From Deltaproteobacteria bacterium (GTDB lineage: Bacteria > Desulfobacterota > Desulfarculia > Adiutricales > Adiutricaceae), in contig JAISWF010000125.1 in NCBI GenBank assembly GCA_031271165.1, forward strand, positions 2,747-66,746: a stretch of DNA of 64,000 nucleotides, given 5' to 3'. The notes beneath the pieces were generated by a model, which was not told where the DNA came from, did no database searches, and was given only the letters and a program-made list of their open reading frames with translations. Positions 9,637 to 19,190 of this stretch are shown here, piece by piece (position 1 is the first letter of the stretch; each line of letters opens with the position of its first letter). Position numbers and translations under genes: made by a program.

Positions 9637-10941
9637 ATGAGTGAACTACCAAAAAGTCCAGTCACTCTCGGAGAGCTGGCCAAATTATTGATGAGTCTTG
9701 ATGACCTTCTCATTACCTGTATGAGATGCGGCTTTTGTCAGTCGGTTTGCCCGGTCTACGGAGCAACTTTTCGTGAGGCTGACGTTACCCGCGGTAAAAT
9801 CGCCCTCTTGGACGATTTGGCCCATGAGCTGACCCTGGACGCCAAAAATGTCGATGACCGGCTCAATCGCTGTCTTTTGTGCGGCTCGTGCGAGACTAAC
9901 TGTCCTTCAGGCGTCAAAATCATGGACATCTTCCTCAAGGCCCGGGCCATCGTCACCGGCTACCGAGGCCTGGGGGCCATAAAAAAACTGGTGTTTCGAT
10001 TTGTCCTGCCGCGTCCGCGCCTGTTTAATTTCATGATCGGAATCAGCGGGGTTTTCCAAACCCCCTTCCTGCGCCGGGCCAGTGAAAAAGTTGGCACTTC
10101 GAGAGCGCCCATTTTAACCCCGTTCTTGGGTAACCGCCATATTCCCAGCCTTCCCAGCCAAACATTTTCCTCCTCCCACGGCAAGATAGATGAGCTGGGC
10201 CCTAACGGCCGGGTGGCTCTTTTTCCTGGCTGCGTCCCCGATAAGATCTTCAACAAGATGTCGGAAGCCTGCCTTAAGATCCTGCGCCACCACCAAGTCG
10301 GGGTCTTTATGCCCCCGGATCTGGTTTGCTGCGGCATTCCGGCACTGGCCTCCGGTGACATCAAAGGTTTTGACCAGCTGGTCGTCCAGAATTTGGCCTC
10401 TTTGATCAAGGGCAAATTTAATTACCTGGTCACCCCCTGCGCCACCTGCGCCTCCAACATCAAGGAGAACTGGTACCGCTTTATCGATCATTTCAATCCC
10501 GGTGAAAGAGCCCAGATCCAAGACCTCCACACCAAAACCATGGACATCACCGCCTTTTTGGTCCGAGTGCTGAAAGTCGATTTCAAGCCCGCCTCCGGCG
10601 GAACCCAGACGGTGACCTACCACGACTCGTGCCACCTCAAAAAAGGCCTGGGCATCGGGGCTGAGCCCCGGATGATTTTAAAATCTTTGCTGGGGTACAA
10701 CTACCGCGAGATGCCCGATGCCGACCGCTGCTGCGGTAACGGCGGCAGTTTCAATTTGTACCATTACGGCCTTTCCAAGGACATCGGTCAGGTCAAAAGA
10801 GATAACATCGTATCAGTCAGCCCCAAAGTCGTTGCTACCGGGTGCCCGGCTTGCGTACTCCAACTGATGGACCTTTTAAGCCAAAACCGCGATGAAATTG
10901 AAGTTCGTCACGTAGTCGAGCTTTATGCGGATTCGCTCTAA
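9637..10941 (+). CDS. GlcF-like Fe-S subunit (2x[4Fe-4S] plus two CCG domains), partner of the GlcD-like dehydrogenase
   Basis: CMRCGFCQSVCP and CLLCGSCETNCP ferredoxin motifs, plus CCG motifs LVCCGIPA and DRCCGNGGSF. Confidence 0.8.
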   Translation: MSELPKSPVTLGELAKLLMSLDDLLITCMRCGFCQSVCPVYGATFREADVTRGKIALLDDLAHELTLDAKNVDDRLNRCLLCGSCETNCPSGVKIMDIFLKARAIVTGYRGLGAIKKLVFRFVLPRPRLFNFMIGISGVFQTPFLRRASEKVGTSRAPILTPFLGNRHIPSLPSQTFSSSHGKIDELGPNGRVALFPGCVPDKIFNKMSEACLKILRHHQVGVFMPPDLVCCGIPALASGDIKGFDQLVVQNLASLIKGKFNYLVTPCATCASNIKENWYRFIDHFNPGERAQIQDLHTKTMDITAFLVRVLKVDFKPASGGTQTVTYHDSCHLKKGLGIGAEPRMILKSLLGYNYREMPDADRCCGNGGSFNLYHYGLSKDIGQVKRDNIVSVSPKVVATGCPACVLQLMDLLSQNRDEIEVRHVVELYADSL

Positions 10942-11021
10942 ATATTTTGGCTGTTTTTTTGGCAGTTACAGACTGATTTAATGCCGAGATATCGGCGTTT
11001 ATTTAAAGAAAGGATGGTTCC

Positions 11022-11645
11022 ATGCCAGGTAACCCAGGCTCCATCAATCAGGCTAACGTTGATTTATTTAAGGCCAAAGCCAAACCAGCCTCCATTGAGG
11101 TTGTGGTGGTCAAAGACTTGAAGGCCGCCTTGGACTACGCCATTGAGGTGACCGAGAAAACCGAGCTGGGCAAACTCATGCCCACCACCCCGGGACTTTC
11201 CCCACCCGATGACCCCAACCGGAAGAAAACCTTGGCCGCCCCGTCCATCAGCGATGAACACTTTAAGTTGTTATCGCAAAAAGGTGAGGCCAAAGGATTC
11301 GAAATGGTTCGTTCCAAACTGAGAAATCATCTGGCCGGAATTGACGTGGCTTTCACGGTGGCCGACCTTGGCATTTCGGAGACGGCTACTTGCGTCAGTG
11401 AAAATAACAGCGAAGATTACCGGCTGGCCACCATGATCTGCGAAACCCACGTGCTGGCGCTGCCGATGAATAAACTCGTCAAAACCAGTTATGAGGCCGA
11501 AGATTTTCTGATCAAGGCCATGGACAAAGACAACAATTACACTTCGTTTATTTCCGGGCCCAGCCGGACTGCCGACATTGAAAGGGTATTAACTCTTGGT
11601 GTCCACGGTCCCTTATACATGCACGTCGCTTTATTGGAGGAATAA
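11022..11645 (+). CDS. lutC: LutC/LldG-like lactate utilisation protein (LUD domain)
   Basis: LUD-domain hallmark FISGPSRTADIERVLTLGVHGP. It lies immediately upstream of the LutB-like gene. Confidence 0.8.
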   Translation: MPGNPGSINQANVDLFKAKAKPASIEVVVVKDLKAALDYAIEVTEKTELGKLMPTTPGLSPPDDPNRKKTLAAPSISDEHFKLLSQKGEAKGFEMVRSKLRNHLAGIDVAFTVADLGISETATCVSENNSEDYRLATMICETHVLALPMNKLVKTSYEAEDFLIKAMDKDNNYTSFISGPSRTADIERVLTLGVHGPLYMHVALLEE

Positions 11646-11647
11646 TC

Positions 11648-13795
11648 ATGGCCGAATCAATGAAGAGCTATCATAATTCATTGAAGGAGGCACTGGATGA
11701 CTCCTTTCTGAGAAAAACGCTCGACAAATTTGCTGTTCAGTACAAAGCCAACCGGGCCATGATCTTCGCCGACATGAATGCCAAGGAGCTGATCAGCGAG
11801 ATCGCTGACAATAAAGATCAGGCCATGCTCCACATTGAGGCGCTCTATCAACAATTTGTCGAACAAGCCTCCAAAAAGGGCGTCCACGTTCACCGAGCCC
11901 GGACCGCCCAGGAGGCCAACGATATCATTTGCGCTATTGCCAAAGAAAACAATGTTCGCACCATCATCAAAAGCAAATCCATGACCGCCGAGGAGATCCA
12001 CCTCAACCACTCTCTGGAAGCGGCCAAAATGATCGTCAATGAAACCGACCTCGGTGAATGGATCATCCAGCTGCGCCATGAGGGACCGACTCACATGGTC
12101 ATGCCGGCCATCCACCTGTCGCGGTACCAAGTGGCCGACACCTTTGAAGACGCCACCAAGTCCAAACAGGACAGCGACATTGAAAAGCTGGTTAAAGTCG
12201 CCCGCCGGGAACTTCGGGTCCACTTTGCCGGGTCCGACATGGGCATCTCCGGGGCCAACTTTGCCATCGCCTCCAACGGCTCCATCGGAATCTGCACCAA
12301 CGAAGGCAACGGCCGGCTGACCACCACCCTGCCCCGAGTTCACGTGGCCATCTGCGGCATTGACAAGCTGGTCCCCAGCATCAAAGACGCCCTCCGAATC
12401 ATCAGGGTCTTGCCGCGCAACGCCACTGCCCAGGCCATTACCACCTACGTGTCGTGGATTACCGGAGCTTCCGAATGCACTTTGAACGATGACCAGAAAA
12501 AGATCATCCACGTCGTCTTTCTTGACAACGGCCGGATTGATTTGCTCAAAGATCCCAAATGCCGCGAAGTGCTACGCTGCGTTCGGTGCGGCGCCTGCGC
12601 CAATGTCTGCCCGGTTTACCGCTTGGTCGGCGGTCACCGCATGGGCTACGTCTATATCGGAGCCATCGGTCTGATCCTGACCTACTTTTTCCACGGCCAC
12701 GACCGGGCCAAAAATTTGGTCCAAAACTGCATCGGCTGCGAGGCCTGCAAAGACATTTGCGCCGCCGGAATCGATCTGCCGGGTATTATTCAGGAAGTCC
12801 GGGCCAGACTCAACGAGGAAGAAGGTTCCCCCATCACCTCGACCTTGCTGGCCAAGGTCATGGCCAATCGCCCGCTCTTCCACACTCTCTTAAAGTTTGG
12901 CAAGTTCGCCCAGCGTCCAGTCACCTCCGGCAATTTCGTCCGCCACTTGCCTACCATTTTTGCCGGCGACCAAAGCTTCAGGGCTCTTCCGGCCATTGCT
13001 TCGCGCTCCTTCCGCGACCGTTGGCCGTCCCTGGAAACGGCCTCCCAAGGTTCGGTCAAGATCGGACTCTTTGCCGGCTGCGCCCAGGATTTCATCTACC
13101 CCGAACAGCTTGAGTCGGCCGTCCGGCTCATCTCGGCCAAGGGTGGGGCGGTCGATTTCCCGCTTCAGCAAAGCTGCTGCGGTCTGCCGCTGCAAATGAT
13201 GGGCGAACGCAAGGCGGCTATCCAGACGGCCAAGGCCAACGTTGATGCCTTTGAAAGCGCCAAAGTCGACCATATTATGACCCTCTGCGCCTCCTGCGCT
13301 AACCATATGAAGGAGCACTACACCGAACTGACCGGCGATGATCCGAGCTATAAGGAAAAAACCGCTCAGTATCTCTCAAAAATCATCGACTTTAGCTCTC
13401 TGATGAAAAATGTCTTTAAGTTTTCCAAAGACGATTTCAACAACCAAGGTCAAAAAGTGGCCTACCATTCCCCGTGCCACCTCTGCCGGGGTCTGGGCGT
13501 CACCCAGGAGCCTAGGGCTCTGATCAATATGGCCGGAGAATATGTCCCCACCCCCGAAGAAGATGTCTGCTGCGGCTTTGGCGGAACGTATTCGGTCAAG
13601 TTCCCCGAGATATCCGGGACTCTTTTGGCCCACAAACTCGACGGGATCGAAGAATCCGAAGCCAAACCCAAACTTTTGGTCACCGACTGCCCCGGTTGCG
13701 TTATGCAGCTCAGAGGCGGGGAACATAAGCGCAGTGACCGGGTCAAGGTCCAGCATATCTCGGAATTCCTCGATCTGAATCTCAAAAAGAAATAG
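11648..13795 (+). CDS. LutB-LutA (LldF-LldE) fusion: Fe-S L-lactate dehydrogenase large subunit
   Basis: The N-terminal LutB region has GISGANFAIASNGSIGICTNEGNGRL and the ferredoxin motifs CVRCGACANVCP and CIGCEACKDICA. The C-terminal half has the CCG motifs QQSCCGLPL and DVCCGFGGTY. Confidence 0.85.
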   Translation: MAESMKSYHNSLKEALDDSFLRKTLDKFAVQYKANRAMIFADMNAKELISEIADNKDQAMLHIEALYQQFVEQASKKGVHVHRARTAQEANDIICAIAKENNVRTIIKSKSMTAEEIHLNHSLEAAKMIVNETDLGEWIIQLRHEGPTHMVMPAIHLSRYQVADTFEDATKSKQDSDIEKLVKVARRELRVHFAGSDMGISGANFAIASNGSIGICTNEGNGRLTTTLPRVHVAICGIDKLVPSIKDALRIIRVLPRNATAQAITTYVSWITGASECTLNDDQKKIIHVVFLDNGRIDLLKDPKCREVLRCVRCGACANVCPVYRLVGGHRMGYVYIGAIGLILTYFFHGHDRAKNLVQNCIGCEACKDICAAGIDLPGIIQEVRARLNEEEGSPITSTLLAKVMANRPLFHTLLKFGKFAQRPVTSGNFVRHLPTIFAGDQSFRALPAIASRSFRDRWPSLETASQGSVKIGLFAGCAQDFIYPEQLESAVRLISAKGGAVDFPLQQSCCGLPLQMMGERKAAIQTAKANVDAFESAKVDHIMTLCASCANHMKEHYTELTGDDPSYKEKTAQYLSKIIDFSSLMKNVFKFSKDDFNNQGQKVAYHSPCHLCRGLGVTQEPRALINMAGEYVPTPEEDVCCGFGGTYSVKFPEISGTLLAHKLDGIEESEAKPKLLVTDCPGCVMQLRGGEHKRSDRVKVQHISEFLDLNLKKK

Positions 13796-13820
13796 TCAGC
13801 GCCAATCTCCCCGCTGACAA

Positions 13821-13862
13821 GCCAAAAGGCCGCCCCTGTCCAACCAGGGGCGGCCTTTTGGC
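13821..13862. terminator. Bidirectional rho-independent terminator between convergent genes
   Basis: Perfect 18-bp stem GCCAAAAGGCCGCCCCTG-tccaac-CAGGGGCGGCCTTTTGGC. The A/T-run parts of the stem give U-tracts on both strands. Confidence 0.75.
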
Positions 13863-13863
13863 T

Positions 13864-16299
13864 TTAGTTCTTAAGCTCATCGCCTGCTCCCGCCTCGGCC
13901 GGCTTCACCGAAAGCTCAGTAGAGTCGACCCAAAAAAGACAGGGTTCATCTGAAAACAATGTTGTTTTTTCCAGCCTGACCGAAGCTTTAAACGTCCGGC
14001 TCTGGCCAGGCAAATCCGGTGGGACCGGAGCCGTAACCTTCAGACCAGCCCCTGGCAGCCAGACCAGGGGCTGGCCAGTGTGAAAAGCCAAAGAGGCCGA
14101 GGCCAGACAAGTGTGGTAATTTCTGGGTGAAGGAACCAAAGTAACCTTGAGTTCAACCGGTCGGCGGTCATATTTTTCTGGTACCTTCACCTTAAGGGAA
14201 ACCCAGTCCTCTAAAATATCCAAAACAAGCTGATCTTTAATGCCATAATAGGTTACATATCCATCTTCATCTATCTTTTCTTGCTTTATTATCAACAACC
14301 TGCTCTTATAGACACTTTTATTTTCATTAAAGTATAAATTTTTATACTCTTTGTCAGTTATTAATAAAAAGTTTCTGTGCGCTTGAATAACATTCTCTAA
14401 AGCAATTGTATTTTTAAAAATATAATGATTTCCAAAGATAAAGAATTTTTTGGCCGATTGATTCTTAAAATGCTCGGCCGTCAAATAAATTTGTGAATTT
14501 TCAGTATAATCAAAAATCAACCAAGTTTCCGGAGGGAGGCTATGAATAAATTCCTTAACCTTTGACAAAAAACTGGCCGCCGGCTTAATTCGGCAAATCT
14601 GATTCATAAATTCTTGGTCTGATATCACTGAACTTAAGTCAATCCCGATCATCAAAAGGGCCATGGCCAGACTGACTCGGGCCAGTCCCAAAAATTTATG
14701 CCCAATTACCCGCAGCCGCTTAATGGCCGCCAGAACCAAAGACAGGGGAACAAAAGAAAGGGGCAGAGCGGTAAAGGAAACAAACTTCCACAATAAATAG
14801 GAATTTCTTAAAATTATAAACGCAGCAGCATATATTATCAAAGAGATAATATATGCTGCGGTAAGCCCGGCCGCCGCTGAATCGTCTTGGACTGGGCGGC
14901 TCCCAGCTCTTTGGTCCCCTTGAGCCTCCCGAGAGTCCGGCGACCTTCGAAGGACAAAAATGGCCAAAAGAATAATTGAGGTCAAAAAAGTTATATAAGA
15001 AGCCGGACCAAGGGAATTTTCAATCAGTAATTTGGGCCAATAAATTGGCAAGCCCACCAATAGCCAGGGACTTATAAAAGGGAGGAGCCAGCCTGTGGTT
15101 TGTGAGGCAGTTTCTAGACTCCGCTCAATTAAGTGAACCCCCTCGTAAGGAGCGACCAGAGCTGCGACCAAGGTCAATAAGAAAGAATATTTTATCCCCA
15201 ACCATAGGGCCCTGACAGTCCGGACCGGCCAAGAACCAGCCCGGCTTTGGAAAAACTTTAAAGCGGCCGCCGCTAGACCCCAAACAGTGATAAAAGCGAA
15301 GAACCCTCCCTGGTAGCAGACTAACAGCAAAAAAATCGGTATAAAATAAGAAATATAACGGCTGATAACCAGCGTTTTCGCCCTTTGAGCCGTAGCCTTA
15401 GCTTCAATTGGCGGCCGGGCCGTCTCACCAGGGCGGAACAACATCTCCAGGGCCGCTAAAAAAGCCATCATGGCCGTAAATTGGCCGATTTCGCCGATAT
15501 AATAGAGATAAGTATAAAAAGCGCCCCCGCTGACCCCTAAGGCGACCAAAATTGCCGACCAAAAACCAAGGCCAAAAGCCTGGGCCAAAGACCGGATGGA
15601 GGCCGCTGACCAGGCTATCAAGACCAGCATATAAATTGGGGCGGCCAAAAGAGACGAGGCCCCCATGGCCAGGCTGGTCAAACCTAACAGAACGTGGGTC
15701 CCAAAGGAATCCATGGTCAGTCGGTAAAAATTACCTGTCATATCAAAGGCCTCTGGCCGGACTGCACCCAGCCAGTAGTCACTGATCATGATCCAGTTGT
15801 AAAGATCAGCGCTGCCGTAAAGCCATATTTCGATCCGGCCGTTCTCCCCCAGGACCGAATGAAAAAACGATAAGACCAGACCCAAAATAACTACAGTTAT
15901 AAGCGCTCGGTGACCTTGGACGGCGGTCAGCAGCAGTTCTTTTTTGGCCGGTGATTTTATAAACCCAGGGATAAAACGAAACAAGACCTCTAAAACAAAT
16001 CCCCCCAGGCCCAGGTAATAAAAAGCGGTCATCAAGACTTTAATATTATCGGAAAATCCCGCTGCCGCCAGCCCGCAAAAGACGACCAAAGCAGCGCCTG
16101 CCGTAGTGGAAATGGTTTGGCCATATTTTGGCAGACTACCAGTCCGGCAGCATCTGATAACCAAACGACCCCAAAACCCCAGGACCAGGGTCATGACCAG
16201 GAGCACCCTGACAAAAGAAAAAACGGAGCCCGCCACCGCCACCTCAAAACCTGTCATTGGGCTGACCTTCCCGCCAGTCTTTGGCTGGCCTAATCCCAA
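13864..16299 (-). CDS. Large polytopic membrane protein of unknown function with a C-terminal non-membrane domain
   Basis: 811-aa ORF. Residues ~20-560 hold many hydrophobic segments and the C-terminal ~250 aa are hydrophilic. It is co-directional with, and 148 bp downstream of, the TRAP permease. The start codon is uncertain (M1 or M15). Confidence 0.6.
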   Translation of the reverse strand: MGLGQPKTGGKVSPMTGFEVAVAGSVFSFVRVLLVMTLVLGFWGRLVIRCCRTGSLPKYGQTISTTAGAALVVFCGLAAAGFSDNIKVLMTAFYYLGLGGFVLEVLFRFIPGFIKSPAKKELLLTAVQGHRALITVVILGLVLSFFHSVLGENGRIEIWLYGSADLYNWIMISDYWLGAVRPEAFDMTGNFYRLTMDSFGTHVLLGLTSLAMGASSLLAAPIYMLVLIAWSAASIRSLAQAFGLGFWSAILVALGVSGGAFYTYLYYIGEIGQFTAMMAFLAALEMLFRPGETARPPIEAKATAQRAKTLVISRYISYFIPIFLLLVCYQGGFFAFITVWGLAAAALKFFQSRAGSWPVRTVRALWLGIKYSFLLTLVAALVAPYEGVHLIERSLETASQTTGWLLPFISPWLLVGLPIYWPKLLIENSLGPASYITFLTSIILLAIFVLRRSPDSREAQGDQRAGSRPVQDDSAAAGLTAAYIISLIIYAAAFIILRNSYLLWKFVSFTALPLSFVPLSLVLAAIKRLRVIGHKFLGLARVSLAMALLMIGIDLSSVISDQEFMNQICRIKPAASFLSKVKEFIHSLPPETWLIFDYTENSQIYLTAEHFKNQSAKKFFIFGNHYIFKNTIALENVIQAHRNFLLITDKEYKNLYFNENKSVYKSRLLIIKQEKIDEDGYVTYYGIKDQLVLDILEDWVSLKVKVPEKYDRRPVELKVTLVPSPRNYHTCLASASLAFHTGQPLVWLPGAGLKVTAPVPPDLPGQSRTFKASVRLEKTTLFSDEPCLFWVDSTELSVKPAEAGAGDELKN

Positions 16300-16447
16300 C
16301 AGCCGGAATTATTTTTACCGAGCCCAAACCAGCCCAGACCAAAGAACTGCAAAAGTCGAAAGCTCCTAATGCCCCTGCAGATCGAACGTTACCTTGGTCG
16401 CCCTGGAAGGCGGAAAAATTCCTCTTAGTAAACACCAAAGCCGCCGC

Positions 16448-19042
16448 TCAGGTTGTAAGGGGAACCAAAAGCCGCCGGCGCCGCGTCAATTGACTCAGGA
16501 CTACCAGAGCCAGCAAAAAAAGACCCGGAAGGCTGAAAATCCATTTAGGAGGTCGGGCAGTGTTGGCCACCTCGATCCCCAAGACCTGGGTTGGATCGTC
16601 CATATTAATGCCCAATTTTTCAATGCGGCTGTTAAAAAGAACGTCATCAATCATAAGCCGGCCGAAATCGTCCCAGGCCAGATAAACCCCGGCCGAAGTC
16701 AGCCGCTCTTCGGAGCCGGTTCCAGTAAAGGGAAGGACTACGACCTGGTCAACCACCCGGCCGGAACGAAAATTGGTGACAATGTGCAGCCGGATATCGG
16801 AGCCGGGCTTTAGTTCATTGACTGTTTGAATAACTGCAGTCGGGGGGAGTTCGTGATAGGCCTTAAAGATTCTGTTTTGGGGGATGTCAGGCCGAAAAAG
16901 AAACATCATCGCCAAAAGCAGTCCCACCACCTCGTACCAGCGGGTCCGGATGAACAAAAACCGCTGAGTGGCACTGGCAAAGGCCAAACAGGCCAAAATG
17001 GATGACCCCATGACCCAAATAAAGTGAAAGGGGCTTTGGATATTCATTAATAAGATTTCTTGGTTGTAGATGAACACAAAAGGCAAAACCGCAGTCCGCA
17101 GTTCATAGATAAAGCCCTGAACCCCAGTTTGGAAGGGATCGCCGCCGGAAATACCTGAAGCGGCAAAGGCGGCCAAGGCCACCGGCGGCGTGGCGTCGGC
17201 CATGACCCCAAAATAGAGACAGAAAAGGTGAATGGCCAAAATAGGGATCCCCAGCCCATGGGCGGCTGAGATGTTGTAAATGACCGGGGCTAGAAGTGTA
17301 GAGACGATGATGTAATTGGCTGTCGTTGGAAGACCCATACCCAAAATGATGGCCAATATGGCTGTCATCACCAGAACCGCTGGTAAAAATCCGCCCGAGA
17401 TAATCTCCACCATCGCCGCCAAGACCTGGCCAACCCCGGTCAAACTGACGGTCCCGACCATAATCCCAGCGGTAGCGGTCGCCAGCCCGATGCCGACCAT
17501 ATTTTTGGCGCCGTTGACCAGGCTGCTTAAAAGTCTGGACACCCCGAGCTTGAAGGGGGCCATAATCGGCAACCCGCGCCGCCAGGCGACAAAGGGTCTT
17601 TGAGTCAAAAGGATGAAAACCATCATCAAACAGGCGTAATAAGCCGCCAAACCCGGGCTCATCTCCATGACCATCAGGCCCCAGACCAGAGTGCCGGTGG
17701 GCAGTAAAAAGTAAAGACCACTGAAAATCACCGGGGTGGCCGTTTTAATGTACATCAGAGATTCAAGATCGCCTTCGGGAATTTCAGGAAACCTCAAAGA
17801 AACTAAAAGGAGGATCACATAGCCAGTGATGAGGATTAAGGCAAAAGCCAGCCAGGAATAGTCGCCGAACACTCCTGGGATCCAGGCCATCAGATAGTAA
17901 AGGCCCCCTAAAAGGACCAAAGAGGAACTGGAGATCAGCCCAAACCTGAGCAGGCGGCCGAAAAATGGGGACCGGGCTTTATTGACCGGCTCCATGCCCA
18001 TCTTGCCAGCTTCAAGGTGGACGATGTACAAAAGCGAGAGGTAAGCCAACAGGGCCGGGATAAAGGCATGTTTGATCAGCTGGGCATAGGGCATGTTGAT
18101 GTATTCAGCCATCAGCAAGGCCGCCGCCCCCATGACCGGTGGCATGATTTGGCCGTTGCTGCTGGCTGAGACCTCCACTGCCCCGGCTTTTTCAGCTGAA
18201 AACCCAACCTTTTTCATCAGCAAGATAGTCACCGGACCGGTGGTCAAAACGTTGGCAATGGAAGACCCGGAAATAAGACCGTTGAGACCGGAGGCCACTA
18301 CCGCCGCCTTGGCCGGCCCGCCCCGGAGCTGCCCTAAAAGGGCAAAAGACAGAGCGGTCAAATAGTTACCCGCCCCGGCGTTCTCCAACATGGCCCCAAA
18401 TAGGACATAGAGAAAGACAAAGCTGGTGGAAACCCCCAAAGGCACTCCAAAGACTCCCTCCTGAGTGAGCCAGAACTGAGAGGCTGCCCGCGAAAGGGTG
18501 GCCCCCCGGTGGGCAATAACGTCGGGGGCGTAAGGTCCCAAAAAGGCATAAGACAAAAAAACAATAGCTACCACAGTCATCGGCAGGCCCATAACCCGCC
18601 GGGTAGCTTCCAAAAGAAGCAAGACGCCGATGCAGGCCACGACTATGTCCTGAACGGCAGGCATGCCAGGTCTTCTGACCAGCTGATCCTGAAAAATAAA
18701 TAAATAGCAAGCGCAAAAAGCCGCCACTAAAGCCATCAGCCAATCGTAAATCGGGATGCGGTTAAGGGGCCCGCGTTTAAACATGGGAAAGCCAAGGTAA
18801 GCCAAGAATATGGCGAAAGCCAGGTGGAGCGAACGCGAGGCGGTATCGTTGAGGACCCCGATTCCGAACGAATAAGGAAGTGGGCTGGTTATCCAAAGCT
18901 GAATTAACGACCAGCTAATGGCGATGATAATAATAGCAAAATGAGGCCAGCCATGCGGTTTGCGTTGACCGGTCTCCTTTTCCAGCATTTCCTTGATAAC
19001 ATCAGAAACCGGCTCTTTATGCTCGGCTTGCATAAACTTCAC
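16448..19042 (-). CDS. TRAP transporter fused (4TM/12TM, DctQM-like) permease, TAXI-associated type, with a C-terminal extra domain
   Basis: 864-aa polytopic protein. The N-terminal pattern (WPHFAIIIIAISWSLIQLW ... RSLHLAFAIFLAYLGFP) is typical of TAXI-type fused permeases. It lies downstream of a TAXI binding protein. Confidence 0.85.
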   Translation of the reverse strand: MKFMQAEHKEPVSDVIKEMLEKETGQRKPHGWPHFAIIIIAISWSLIQLWITSPLPYSFGIGVLNDTASRSLHLAFAIFLAYLGFPMFKRGPLNRIPIYDWLMALVAAFCACYLFIFQDQLVRRPGMPAVQDIVVACIGVLLLLEATRRVMGLPMTVVAIVFLSYAFLGPYAPDVIAHRGATLSRAASQFWLTQEGVFGVPLGVSTSFVFLYVLFGAMLENAGAGNYLTALSFALLGQLRGGPAKAAVVASGLNGLISGSSIANVLTTGPVTILLMKKVGFSAEKAGAVEVSASSNGQIMPPVMGAAALLMAEYINMPYAQLIKHAFIPALLAYLSLLYIVHLEAGKMGMEPVNKARSPFFGRLLRFGLISSSSLVLLGGLYYLMAWIPGVFGDYSWLAFALILITGYVILLLVSLRFPEIPEGDLESLMYIKTATPVIFSGLYFLLPTGTLVWGLMVMEMSPGLAAYYACLMMVFILLTQRPFVAWRRGLPIMAPFKLGVSRLLSSLVNGAKNMVGIGLATATAGIMVGTVSLTGVGQVLAAMVEIISGGFLPAVLVMTAILAIILGMGLPTTANYIIVSTLLAPVIYNISAAHGLGIPILAIHLFCLYFGVMADATPPVALAAFAASGISGGDPFQTGVQGFIYELRTAVLPFVFIYNQEILLMNIQSPFHFIWVMGSSILACLAFASATQRFLFIRTRWYEVVGLLLAMMFLFRPDIPQNRIFKAYHELPPTAVIQTVNELKPGSDIRLHIVTNFRSGRVVDQVVVLPFTGTGSEERLTSAGVYLAWDDFGRLMIDDVLFNSRIEKLGINMDDPTQVLGIEVANTARPPKWIFSLPGLFLLALVVLSQLTRRRRLLVPLTT

Positions 19043-19190
19043 CCAATCAGCAATAATCAGCAGTGCTCAGCAATAAAAAAATACAAACTTACAAACAATA
19101 AATGTCATATAACCGGGGATGATACGGTCGCCGTATCATCCCCGGTTGAGGAAAAAAACTAAAATTGACTCAGATTTTTAGAAAGATAGC

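Noticed and set aside
11678-12511. A 277-aa antisense ORF inside the LutB-LutA gene. Many similar long antisense or out-of-frame ORFs occur in the track, for example 10114-10635, 6999-7445, 12559-13113, 27769-28257, 29124-29627 and 32914-33399.
   Set aside because: Each one lies fully inside a gene whose product carries unmistakable family motifs. Their translations are low-complexity (Gly/Arg/Pro/Ala-rich) with no motifs, as expected for open shadow frames in GC-biased coding DNA.
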